Origin: Candidatus Micrarchaeota archaeon
GTDB lineage: Archaea > Micrarchaeota > Micrarchaeia > Micrarchaeales > CABMGC01
NCBI GenBank assembly: GCA_021818995.1
Contig: JAKASP010000002.1
Location: forward strand, 15,689-79,688
Direction of reading: 5' to 3'
Length of the DNA: 64,000 nt
Made by a program: the position numbers and the translations under genes. This document shows, piece by piece, positions 34,491 to 43,854 of the stretch (its first letter is position 1; every line of letters starts with the position of its first letter). The notes under the pieces were generated by a model, which was given only the letters and a program-made list of their open reading frames with translations, did not search any database and was not told the DNA's origin.

Positions 34491-36683
34491 CTAGTCCAGG
34501 TACTCCTGCGGCTTTGGTGGCTCCTCCTTCTGGCCCTTCCTCTTCCTTATGTCGCGCACAATCTTGTCCTGCAGCTCCGCAGGCATCTTCTCGTAGCCTG
34601 CGTACTCGAAGTACCAGATCGCCCTGCCGGCTGTTGCGCCTCGTATCTCGTTCGAGAAGCCCTTGATGACCTCGGACACGGGCATCTTCGCGATTATCGT
34701 GACCGCTTCGCCGGACTGCTGCACCTCCTGCACCTGGCCCCTCCTGCTCTGGAGCAGCGAGATCACGGGCGACATGTACTCCTGGGGCACGTTGACCGTG
34801 AAGATCTGCTTCGGCTCCAGAAGCTGCACCCCCGCTAGCAGCATGCCCGCCCAGATCGGCCTTCTCATCGCCGGCATTATCTGCGCAGGCCCCCTGTGCA
34901 CCGGGTCCTCGTGTATCGTCGCATCTGTTATGAGCACCTTTACGCCGTAGCACTTCTCCTTCGCAAGCGGCCCCTCGCGGACCGCCTCCTCGAAGCCGTC
35001 TATCAGCAGCTCCTCGACCTCGTTGAGGTACTGCACCCCGTGCGTGTTGTCTACGAGCACGCTCACGTTTGAAACATCCCAGAGGCCCCTCGCCTCTTCC
35101 CTCGGCATGCCGGCCTCAACCAGCTGCTCAAGATACTGCTTGCCCTTTGGCTGGCCATCCCTTATGCTGCCGTCCTCTATCAGCGATATGACCCCTTTCT
35201 CCAAAGGCATGATCGTTACCTCGAACTTCGAGTGCCTGTTTGGCGATTTGCCCTCGACCTTCTCCACGCCCCGCTCTATCGTTTCCTTGTAGACCACGAT
35301 TGGCTCGCTCGTGGTTATCGGTATCTTGAACTCGTCCCTTATCTTGGTCTCGACGACCTCGAGGTGCAGCTCGCCGTTCCCGCTGACGAGATGCTCGCCC
35401 GTCTCCTGATTGATGTTGACCACTATGCCAGGGTCTGTCTTAGAGAGTTCCCTGAGAGCTTCTATGAGCTTGAGCGTGTCCTTCGATTCCTTTACCTCTA
35501 TCGCCTTGGTAACCACAGGCTTGGCGTAGTGCGTTATCTGCTCGAAAGGCACTATGTTGTTCTCGCTCAGCGTGTCGCCTATCTGCAGGTCCTTTATGCC
35601 GACTATCGCAGATATGTTCCCTGCGCTCACCTCCTCTATCTGGACCCTGTCTGGCCCCATGTAGAGCCCTACTTGTTGTACCTTCTCTGTGTTGGGCCTT
35701 CCGGAAACGTAGACCTCGGTGCCCTTCTTCACAGTGCCGGAAAAGACGCGGCCGATGGCCACCTCGCCCCCGTGCGGGTCGTAGCTTATGCCGAAGATTA
35801 CGAGGTTTGCCTTTGCGCGCCCGTTCACCTCGAGCATCGCCTTCCCGTCCTCGCTCGCGAGGTCGCCGTGCCATAGGTGCGGTATCCTGTAGGCCTGCGC
35901 CTCCAGGGGCGTTGGCAGGTGCTCTATTATCATCGTGAGCGTCGCCTCGTCTATCGGAGCCACTTCCTGCAGCTTGGCAATGTCGTTCTTCTCTGTCAGC
36001 TCGTAGATCTGCTTGAACGTGACCTTGTACTTCTCCATTATCCTCTTCGAGATCGCCCACTTCTCAACAGCGGAGCCGATGCATACGCTCCCGTCGTCGA
36101 CGCTGACCCTCCACTTGCCCGCAAACTCCTCAGGGGCGAAGCCGTCTATAAGCTTGTTGACGTCGTTTATCAGCTTCAGCAGGCGGTCGAACGTCTGCTG
36201 CTGGTTCAGCTTGAGCTCCGTGAGCAGCCTGTCGACCTTGTTGATGAAGAGCACTGGCTTCGCCTTCTCCTTCAGCGCCTGCCTCACCACGGTCTCTGTC
36301 TGCGGCATTATGCCCTCGACAGGGTCCACGACCACGACCACGCCGTCGACGGCGCGCATTGCCCTGGTGACGTGGAAGCCGAAGTCAACGTGCCCCGGAG
36401 TGTCTATGAGGTTGATTATGTAGTCGTGCTCCTTGTAGTTGAACGCGAGTGATATGTTTGCGGATTTTATCGTCATCTTCCTGTCGCGCTCTATCGCCTC
36501 GTAGTTGGTCCAGAGTGCCTCGCCAGCGACGGTCTTAGAGATTATGCCGGCCTTTGCTAGAAGCGAGTCCGTGAGCGTGGTCTTTCCGTGATGCACATGG
36601 GCGACTATGGCCACGTTCCTTATGTGCTTGACGTCTCGCATTATCTTTGCGACTTCGTCAGCTACGAACTCTTTCCTGACCAT
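34491..36683 (-). CDS. fusA: Translation elongation factor aEF-2
   Basis: AHVHHGKTTL G1 motif and the diphthamide-region HEDPVHRGPAQIMPA. 730 aa. Confidence 0.97.
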   Translation of the reverse strand: MVRKEFVADEVAKIMRDVKHIRNVAIVAHVHHGKTTLTDSLLAKAGIISKTVAGEALWTNYEAIERDRKMTIKSANISLAFNYKEHDYIINLIDTPGHVDFGFHVTRAMRAVDGVVVVVDPVEGIMPQTETVVRQALKEKAKPVLFINKVDRLLTELKLNQQQTFDRLLKLINDVNKLIDGFAPEEFAGKWRVSVDDGSVCIGSAVEKWAISKRIMEKYKVTFKQIYELTEKNDIAKLQEVAPIDEATLTMIIEHLPTPLEAQAYRIPHLWHGDLASEDGKAMLEVNGRAKANLVIFGISYDPHGGEVAIGRVFSGTVKKGTEVYVSGRPNTEKVQQVGLYMGPDRVQIEEVSAGNISAIVGIKDLQIGDTLSENNIVPFEQITHYAKPVVTKAIEVKESKDTLKLIEALRELSKTDPGIVVNINQETGEHLVSGNGELHLEVVETKIRDEFKIPITTSEPIVVYKETIERGVEKVEGKSPNRHSKFEVTIMPLEKGVISLIEDGSIRDGQPKGKQYLEQLVEAGMPREEARGLWDVSNVSVLVDNTHGVQYLNEVEELLIDGFEEAVREGPLAKEKCYGVKVLITDATIHEDPVHRGPAQIMPAMRRPIWAGMLLAGVQLLEPKQIFTVNVPQEYMSPVISLLQSRRGQVQEVQQSGEAVTIIAKMPVSEVIKGFSNEIRGATAGRAIWYFEYAGYEKMPAELQDKIVRDIRKRKGQKEEPPKPQEYLD

Positions 36684-36687
36684 AGAG

Positions 36688-37449
36688 CTACCTCGCGCTC
36701 CTTGCGATGCGCTCCAGCTCTACCTTCTTCTTTATCGCGTAGCTTGTCGGATCCTTGTTCGCCGCAAGAACGAGCTCGTCTGCGAGAGCGTCCGCGAGCG
36801 TCTTCTTGTTCTTGAAAGCACCTATGAGCGATGACAGCGCCATGTTCCTTAGCGCGACATCGAGCCTTCTCGCGGCGCTTATTCCAACGGCAACGTTGTA
36901 GTTTATGCCGCCGTACCTTATCCTGGTCGTGTCCTCGATAGGTGCCGCGTTCTCGAGAGCGTTGACAAGCACCTGCGCAGGGTTCTTGCCCGTCTTCTTG
37001 TTTATAGCCTCGAACGCGTCCTCGACTATGTGCATAACCTTTATCTTCTTGCCCTGGAGCGCGCCCTTCGTCCTTATGACCTTGCCTCCTATCTTGGCTC
37101 CGGTGCCGCCGCGCATCAGTTTGTTTATCAGGCGCTCGATTATGTTTACGTGGGTGACGTAGTAGACCCTGTTCTTTCTCCTGCCGTATGTGTTCGGGAA
37201 CGCCTTTGGCGCAAGCACGATGTAGTTTGCAAGGCTAGGATCGTTGACAGTCACCTCCTTCAAGCTGTACTTTCCGAAAAGCAGGGATTCGGAGAAGGCT
37301 ATGTTCTCCTTCTTCGCGGCCCTTCTTGTCGTCGCTTTCTTCTCCGGCTTTGCGATGGCTTCCTTTGGCTCGGCCGCTGGCACGGCTGCAGCCGCAACTG
37401 GCTGTTCGGGCTGCTTTGCTTCGGTCTCGTTCGCTTTCTCTTCCTGCAA
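36688..37449 (-). CDS. rps7: Ribosomal protein uS7 with an N-terminal low-complexity extension
   Basis: The conserved core starts at LLFGKYSLKEVTVNDPSLANYI. About 50 preceding residues are A/E/K/P-rich. Confidence 0.95.
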   Translation of the reverse strand: MQEEKANETEAKQPEQPVAAAAVPAAEPKEAIAKPEKKATTRRAAKKENIAFSESLLFGKYSLKEVTVNDPSLANYIVLAPKAFPNTYGRRKNRVYYVTHVNIIERLINKLMRGGTGAKIGGKVIRTKGALQGKKIKVMHIVEDAFEAINKKTGKNPAQVLVNALENAAPIEDTTRIRYGGINYNVAVGISAARRLDVALRNMALSSLIGAFKNKKTLADALADELVLAANKDPTSYAIKKKVELERIARSAR

Positions 37450-37454
37450 CTCAC

Positions 37455-37883
37455 TTACCTCTTAGGCTTCTCCACCTTGCCCTTCACGACCTGGAAGAGG
37501 TCCGCGCCGTTGACGCCTATGACCCTGTACTTCAGGCCCGGTATGCAGCCCATCTGGCCTCGCTGCGATCCCCCGAGCCCCTGTATCATAACCTCGTCGT
37601 GCTCCTCTATGAAGTTTATCGAGCCGTCGTACGGGACGTATGCGCCTACGACCTTGCCGTTCTTTATAAGCTGCACGCGCACGCACTTTATCAGTCCGGA
37701 GTGCGGCTGCTTCTGCTGCAGAACGAACTTCTGGAGCACGAGGGCCCTGGCCATCGGCACTGTGCCCACGGGGTCGTACTTCTGCTTCAGCTTGAAGTAC
37801 TTCCTCTTCCACGACTTCTTCAGCAAGCGGTCCAGCTTGCGCTTCTTCTTCAGCTTCAAACCCGCGAACTGTCCGTTTGCCAT
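37455..37883 (-). CDS. rps12: Ribosomal protein uS12
   Basis: ATG at 37883 gives MANGQFAGLKLKKKRK...PHSGLIKCVRVQLIKNGK. The upstream part of the track ORF overlaps eL30. Confidence 0.95.
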   Translation of the reverse strand: MANGQFAGLKLKKKRKLDRLLKKSWKRKYFKLKQKYDPVGTVPMARALVLQKFVLQQKQPHSGLIKCVRVQLIKNGKVVGAYVPYDGSINFIEEHDEVMIQGLGGSQRGQMGCIPGLKYRVIGVNGADLFQVVKGKVEKPKR

Positions 37884-37888
37884 AGTTA

Positions 37889-38188
37889 TCAATATTCCTC
37901 GGTAAGTATCTTTGAGTTGCCGGCCTCGATCACTGCCAGGCTGTTTATGGAGTAGGGCTTGCCACACACGGTGCCGAGCTCCATCGAGCTTCCCTTGAAC
38001 ATCACCAGTTTTATGCCAGCGACGTTGCAGAGATGCGTTATGTCGTCTATCGCATCGGCCTTGCCCTTGCTAGTTATAACCACAAGCTTGGCCCTGTTGC
38101 CGCTGACCGCCTTCTGGGTCTCCTCGGTGCCCAGGGCAACGCTTCCAGTATCGACAGCGAGCCTTAGGTCGTTGTTCAAATCTGCCAT
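37889..38188 (-). CDS. rpl30e: Ribosomal protein eL30
   Basis: 99 aa. LAVDTGSVALGTEETQKAVSGNRAKLVVITS. Confidence 0.95.
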   Translation of the reverse strand: MADLNNDLRLAVDTGSVALGTEETQKAVSGNRAKLVVITSKGKADAIDDITHLCNVAGIKLVMFKGSSMELGTVCGKPYSINSLAVIEAGNSKILTEEY

Positions 38189-38269
38189 GCTAACCAGTGA
38201 AAAAGCGTCTTTCCAGAAAAGAAAAACCGCCGTATAAACATATCGCCAAAAGTATTTAAAGGTTGATAA

Positions 38270-39289
38270 TTACTGCGTCGAGAGAGTGGTGTTGCAGCCT
38301 GCAGGAGTCGCTATCTGCCCGCTGAGCAGCAGCTTGACGTAGCCAAGAACCGGGATGTCGCCGATCACGTAGCCGAGCACCGCGCTCTGGTTCGACGGAT
38401 AGTTCCCGAACTCTATGTCCAGGGCCTGGTTGTTGTCTCCCTTGGTCAGGAAGTAGTACTGGCCGCTCACGTTGAGTATCGCGTAGAGCCTGTGTATTAT
38501 GCTGCCGCTGAAGCTGTCCCTGCTCGTGGTCTGGTAGACGATTATCGGGTTGCTGTAGTTCTCGGAAATGGTAGTGTTCCCTATGGTGATATTGGAAGTG
38601 TATATCGCGCTGAAGACCTCCCTCCCGTAGTGCAGGCTGCCTATCGAGTAAGAGTACTTTATCAGGTTCGGCTGCTGCGCCTGCACGGGCACTGAGCACT
38701 TTGACACGACGCTCTGCTTGCCGAGGTACTGGGCCTGCGAAACGCAGATGGTGTTGTAGAGGCCTATATCGTACTGCACGCTGCTGTTTGGTATCACGTA
38801 CGAGATCTGTGATTTGTTGCCGTTGAAGTAGGCGAAGTATGCGAGGAACTCGTTTGGCATGCTTGCCTGCATTGCATCGAATGCGGACTGGTTCACGCTT
38901 ATCACAGGCACGTGGTTGGATTGCGCAAAGTTCGACACGTTGTCTATGCCGTGCAGCACCACCAGATCGCCCCTATGTAGCGCCGGCAGCATGCTGCAGC
39001 TCGAAACGGCGTCGACGGGCGCGGAGGTGTGCAGCACGATTATCAGGAGTATCCAGAAGATGACCGCTGCGCCTATCGCTACGCCTATGTCCACCACGCT
39101 CTTCCTTGCGCCCTCAGTCGCTACGCTTGTCCTGACCTCAAAGACCAGTATGATGATTATCAGGATGAAGGCTACGGCGCCCACGACTATGTTGCCGTAC
39201 AGGGCGTATATTGCGATTAGCGCGATAAGAAGAAGGTAGAGAAGCCAAGACAGCTTCGACTCGTGCTTCCTTGCTTTCTTGTCTTTCAC
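38270..39289 (-). CDS. Signal peptidase I (archaeal/Sec11-type) with a large insertion
   Basis: Box B SSCSMLPALHRGDLVV (Ser nucleophile), IIHRLYA (His box) and TKGDNN. 339 aa, three N-terminal TM segments. Confidence 0.8.
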   Translation of the reverse strand: MKDKKARKHESKLSWLLYLLLIALIAIYALYGNIVVGAVAFILIIIILVFEVRTSVATEGARKSVVDIGVAIGAAVIFWILLIIVLHTSAPVDAVSSCSMLPALHRGDLVVLHGIDNVSNFAQSNHVPVISVNQSAFDAMQASMPNEFLAYFAYFNGNKSQISYVIPNSSVQYDIGLYNTICVSQAQYLGKQSVVSKCSVPVQAQQPNLIKYSYSIGSLHYGREVFSAIYTSNITIGNTTISENYSNPIIVYQTTSRDSFSGSIIHRLYAILNVSGQYYFLTKGDNNQALDIEFGNYPSNQSAVLGYVIGDIPVLGYVKLLLSGQIATPAGCNTTLSTQ

Positions 39290-39303
39290 GAGAATAACCA
39301 GTA

Positions 39304-42300
39304 TTACTTCTTACTAACATTTGATATTTCTATCCCATATACCTGCGAATCGCCGCCGCTCTTGGTGACGCCCACGGCCGCATCAGCGTTGACTATCAGG
39401 GAGTCGTTGTGGCTCACTACGACGAACTGCGCGCCCTTCGCCATCTCCTTTATCAGCTGCGAGAGCTTCTTCGAGTTCTCCTTGTCCAGAGCCGTGTCTA
39501 TCTCGTCGAAGAGGTAAACGGATGAGGGCTTGCACATGTGTATCGCGAAGAGAAGCATTAGCGATATGAGCGACTTCTGCCCACCGGAAAGCCCCCTGCT
39601 GTGCCCCACGAAGTTCGCGTCCTCTATCTTTATGCTAAGGCCGGTGTCAAGCGGGCTGCTCTGGTCCTCGAGCTCTATCTTCGCCTTGCCAGGGTATATG
39701 AAGTTGTAGAGCTTTGAGAAGTTCTTGCCCACTTCGTTGAATGTTGTTATGAAAGCGTTGAGCTTCTTCGACTCTATCTCCTCTATCATCGACATCACGG
39801 CCTTCCTCTCGCCCTCGAGAGTGTTCACCTTCTCGGTGGCCTCGCTCACGCTTCTGGATTTCTCCTCATACGCCTCTGGCGCCTTGAGGTTGACGCTTCC
39901 GAGCGCCTCGATCTTTGCTCCGAGCACCTGCGCCTCCTTCTCCATCTTCTCGACGTCTTCGTTGACTATCTCCGGGGCGGAGTTGCTGTAGGCGCTGAGC
40001 TCTGCAGCTATGTCGTTGAGCCTCATCTCGGTCTGGCCCTGCTTCACCCTGATCTCGCTCATCTGCTTCTCCATGCCCTCGGCCTTGGAGTTGTGTGCCG
40101 CCTGCTCCGTTATGAGCTTCTCCTGCTCCTTCGCTATCGCATCCTGTCTCTCGAGCGCTTCCTTGTTGGACTTGCTGCTCTTCTTCATGTGGCCCTCTAC
40201 CTCAACCTTCGACTTGAGTAGCTCGGCTTGCTTCTTGACGTAGTCTGAGGACTGCTTCCTTGTCTTCTCGACCAGTTCGCTCTTCTCCTTTAGCTCGCGG
40301 CCCTTCTGCTGCAGCGTCTCGGTAAGCATCTTGCTCTCCTGCTGCTTCTCCGCAACCTTTATCTTAGATTCCTCTATCTCCTTGTTTAGCGATGAGAGCC
40401 TCTCGGCGTCCTCTTTCCTCATTCCCTTGTGTGCGGCTTCCAGCGATTCCGAGTAGGCAGCGCTTCTCTCGCCCTTCCTGCCCTCGAGATCCTTGGACAG
40501 CTGCAGCGCATGCGTGCGCGCGTTCTCGAAGTCTGAGAGCGTCTTCTTCGATTCCTTCTCAGCCAGAGAGATGCCGGATTCGAGCTTGGCCTTCTGCTCT
40601 CCGCGCTCCTTTATCCTCTTGTTGTACTCTTCTATGGACGAGTTTGCCGAAGCCATCTCGATGTCGGCCTCCGCTGCCTCCTTCCTGCTTGCGAAATACT
40701 TTGCGTCTATCTCCTTAGCCTCTGCGAACGCCCTTCCCCTCGAGTCCTCGAGCTCCTTGAGCCTCTTCTCTAGCGCTGCTATCGAGAGCACCTTTGCGCG
40801 AGAGCCACCGGAGAGCACTCCGGCGCGCTCTACCGTCTCGCCAGAAAGCGTCACGTACCTGTGTCTCCCTGTTCCGAGCGCCTTCGCCTCGTCAACGTCT
40901 TTTACAAGATATGTGTTGCTGAATATGTACGAGAACACTTTCCCGAACTTGGCATCGTACTGGAGCAGGTCTGTCAGCGCCTGAAGGCCCTTCTCCTTCG
41001 ACTCCTGCTCCACGTGCAGCTCACGCAGCGGAATGAAGGTCGCCCTTCCAAGGCTTTGCTTCTTGAGGTACTGGATCATCTCGTTCGCCACGTCCATGGA
41101 CTCGACAACGAAGTAGTTGAAGCGCGACCCGGCCGCGGCCTCTACCGCCTCCGCGTGTCTGCCGTCATAGGTGCAGAGCTCGGCCACTGTGCCGAAGAAT
41201 CCCGGGTGCTTTGAGAATGCTGACTTGAGCTTGCCCTGCATCGCCCCGTCCCTCGAATGCGCGGACGCCCTCTGCTCCCTGAGCGATATTATCTCGCTGT
41301 CGGCTGCGCTGAGCGTGTTCTTCAGTTCATCTGAACGTGCCTGGAGCTCTGCCGACTTCTTCTCTGCGCGCTCCTTCCTCGTCTTCTCTCCCTGCGCCTT
41401 CTCCCTCAACTCTGACGCCGAGGCCATCTCCTTCGCTATCTCCTCGTCTATCTTCGCAATCTCCCTGAGCGCGCTCTCCTTCCTCGCATCCACGAGCGTT
41501 TTCTCGGTCTGCAGCCTCGCCAGCTTCTCCTGCGCGCTTGTGAACTCTTTTTCAAGTGCAGAAATGCTCACGTCCAGTTCCTTGACCCTCTTTCCCGAAT
41601 CGCCTGCGCTGCCATTGCTCCCGAGTTTCTTAGCCTGCGCCTCGAGTTCAACGAGTCTGGACCGCATGCCCGCGACCTCGGCCTCGTTGCCCTTTATCTT
41701 CTCGCCTATCCCCTTTATCTCCTCGGATATCGAGGTGGTTAGCCTTGTTGTTTCTTCAATTGTAGAAGCAGCAGTTGTCATCTTGACCTCAAGGGCGCTG
41801 AGCTCGTTGCCGACATCGGCAAGCCTCTTGTTGACGCCATCGATCGCCGTGGTGCTGTTTGTGAGCATGTCCGATATCTTCTGCCTCTCCTCTGAAAGTG
41901 CGGATATCTTCTTCGCATACTCTGCCAGCTTCACCTCGACCGTCTTCTTCTCGGCCTCGAGCTTCGCTATCTCCTTTGAGTATGCGTCTAGGTTGAGCTG
42001 CGACGCCTTCTGCCTCTTCGTGAGTATGCTGTAGTTGAGCGACTTGAGCCGCTTGCTCATGAGCAGGTAGTTCTCCGCGGCTTCCTTCTCCTTCGCGAGC
42101 TCGTTCAGGAAAGTGGTCCTCTCGTTGAGCATCGCCTGCGCCGTGCTTATCCTTATGCCGACCTTCTCCAGCTCCTGCATCGCCTCCTTCTTCTTGTAGT
42201 CGAACTCCTGTATGCCCGCGGCTATGTCTATGAACTCCCTGCGCTGCTTTGCGTTCGCCTCTATTATCTTGTTTATCTCTCCCTGCGCTATCGTGCTCGT

Positions 42301-42690
42301 CTCGTCTATGTGGACGCTGTGCTTCTTCAGCACCTCTAGCACCTCCTGCCTGGTCATGCGCTTCCCGTTCAGCCTGTACACCGTCTTTCCGTCGGCGCGT
42401 ATGCCCCTGCTTATCTCTATCTTCTCGTCGCCGTCCAGCTCGAGCTTGACGTGCGCCTTGGAGAGGTTTGCGGCTCCTCTGCTCGAACCCTCTCTTATAA
42501 GGTACTGCAGCCGGTCGACGCGCAGCCTGTGCAGCGAGCTTTCACCGAGTGAAAAGAGTAGGGCGTCGATTATGTTGCTCTTGCCGCTGCCGTTCGGCCC
42601 CACTATGCAGTTGAAGCCTTTGTTAAAGATGACGCTGATGTGTTTGAAAGACTTAAACCTGTCTATGCTCATGGATTTGAGGTAGAGCAC
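39304..42690 (-). CDS. smc: SMC chromosome segregation ATPase
   Basis: Walker A GPNGSGKSN, long coiled coils, a hinge, signature LSGGQKSL and Walker B LFDEIDTALD. 1128 aa. Confidence 0.95.
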   Translation of the reverse strand: MLYLKSMSIDRFKSFKHISVIFNKGFNCIVGPNGSGKSNIIDALLFSLGESSLHRLRVDRLQYLIREGSSRGAANLSKAHVKLELDGDEKIEISRGIRADGKTVYRLNGKRMTRQEVLEVLKKHSVHIDETSTIAQGEINKIIEANAKQRREFIDIAAGIQEFDYKKKEAMQELEKVGIRISTAQAMLNERTTFLNELAKEKEAAENYLLMSKRLKSLNYSILTKRQKASQLNLDAYSKEIAKLEAEKKTVEVKLAEYAKKISALSEERQKISDMLTNSTTAIDGVNKRLADVGNELSALEVKMTTAASTIEETTRLTTSISEEIKGIGEKIKGNEAEVAGMRSRLVELEAQAKKLGSNGSAGDSGKRVKELDVSISALEKEFTSAQEKLARLQTEKTLVDARKESALREIAKIDEEIAKEMASASELREKAQGEKTRKERAEKKSAELQARSDELKNTLSAADSEIISLREQRASAHSRDGAMQGKLKSAFSKHPGFFGTVAELCTYDGRHAEAVEAAAGSRFNYFVVESMDVANEMIQYLKKQSLGRATFIPLRELHVEQESKEKGLQALTDLLQYDAKFGKVFSYIFSNTYLVKDVDEAKALGTGRHRYVTLSGETVERAGVLSGGSRAKVLSIAALEKRLKELEDSRGRAFAEAKEIDAKYFASRKEAAEADIEMASANSSIEEYNKRIKERGEQKAKLESGISLAEKESKKTLSDFENARTHALQLSKDLEGRKGERSAAYSESLEAAHKGMRKEDAERLSSLNKEIEESKIKVAEKQQESKMLTETLQQKGRELKEKSELVEKTRKQSSDYVKKQAELLKSKVEVEGHMKKSSKSNKEALERQDAIAKEQEKLITEQAAHNSKAEGMEKQMSEIRVKQGQTEMRLNDIAAELSAYSNSAPEIVNEDVEKMEKEAQVLGAKIEALGSVNLKAPEAYEEKSRSVSEATEKVNTLEGERKAVMSMIEEIESKKLNAFITTFNEVGKNFSKLYNFIYPGKAKIELEDQSSPLDTGLSIKIEDANFVGHSRGLSGGQKSLISLMLLFAIHMCKPSSVYLFDEIDTALDKENSKKLSQLIKEMAKGAQFVVVSHNDSLIVNADAAVGVTKSGGDSQVYGIEISNVSKK

Positions 42691-42735
42691 TCACACCACT
42701 GGTCGCAAATATTCTTCAGTCCTGAAGGATTTAAA

Positions 42736-43800
42736 TTACTTGCGGCTGTGCCCTCGAAGAATGTGGAGGGAGAGGAACGCCTGTATGTGCGATATGGTCA
42801 CTATCCCTACCAGCTTGCCCTTGTGCGTGACCGCTGCCAGGCCCGATTCGTTTGATTCCATTGACTCAAGGGCATCGATTATGTTCTCGTTCATGTCAAC
42901 GCTCGGTATCTTAACGGCAAGGTCCCTGGCCCACATCTCCGGCCTAAGCCTCTCCTTCCTGAGCAGGTTGACGTACGCGTAGCCGTCGCCGAGCTTTGTT
43001 ATGAGCATATGCTCCCTTGTGCGCTTCACCGTCTGGTAGAGCTCCTGCACGCTGCTGCTCGGCGCAACGAGCACGAAGCGCTTGGTGGCGAGGCTCCTCA
43101 GCTTCACGCCCCTTGTCTCCCTCTTTATCTCTATCGTCTGCTTCTCCTGCTGTGCCCCGTTGTAGAGGAAGAAGACTATGAGGAGGTCCCACAGGAAGAT
43201 GAACTCTTTGGAGTAGAATGGAGCTGTGATGATGAGCACGTACGCGAGCGTGCCGAGTATGAAGAGCCCCATCGTGACGTTGCTCGCCTTTATAGTGATC
43301 ATCGTGGCCTTGTACTCGTCGTACTTCCTCTCGAGCCAGCTCCTGAATACGCGTCCGCCGTCGGTCGGGAATGCCGGAAGCAGGTTGAACGCGCCGAGCA
43401 GTATGTTTATCTCGAAGAGGAACTGCAGCACCTCTGTGAGCGAACCGGGAGGCGAGAAGGCCACAAAGAAACCGAAGATCGCGCCCAGCAGCAGGCTCAT
43501 CAGCGGCCCAGCCACCGCTATGTTGAACTCTATCCTGGGATCTATCTCAGATATGTCTATTATCGAGACGCCGCCAAGGGGAAGGAGCACTATCCTGCTC
43601 ACGCGTATCCCGTTCCTCATAGAGACGAACGAGTGCGATAGCTCGTGTATGAGCACGCAGAGGAAGAGGAGCACAATAAGCACGAAAAGGAAGCCGGTCG
43701 GCAGGCTGAGCCACAGCGTGACCAGCAGAAGTGCGATGAAGGTCCAGTGGAGCTCTATGTCTATGCCCCAGATCTTCCCTATCTTGTAGGCGTCGGCCAT
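42736..43800 (-). CDS. Site-2 protease (M50) with C-terminal CBS pair
   Basis: HELSH zinc motif and NLLPAFPTDGG, with a CBS-like C-terminus. ATG at 43800 (MADAYKIGKIWG). The upstream 200 codons of the track ORF are antisense to the phosphoesterase gene. Confidence 0.85.
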   Translation of the reverse strand: MADAYKIGKIWGIDIELHWTFIALLLVTLWLSLPTGFLFVLIVLLFLCVLIHELSHSFVSMRNGIRVSRIVLLPLGGVSIIDISEIDPRIEFNIAVAGPLMSLLLGAIFGFFVAFSPPGSLTEVLQFLFEINILLGAFNLLPAFPTDGGRVFRSWLERKYDEYKATMITIKASNVTMGLFILGTLAYVLIITAPFYSKEFIFLWDLLIVFFLYNGAQQEKQTIEIKRETRGVKLRSLATKRFVLVAPSSSVQELYQTVKRTREHMLITKLGDGYAYVNLLRKERLRPEMWARDLAVKIPSVDMNENIIDALESMESNESGLAAVTHKGKLVGIVTISHIQAFLSLHILRGHSRK

Positions 43801-43854
43801 GCAGTCGAGAGTTAGTTGGCGATTAAGTATAATAAACCTGTTTGAGAAAAGGGC

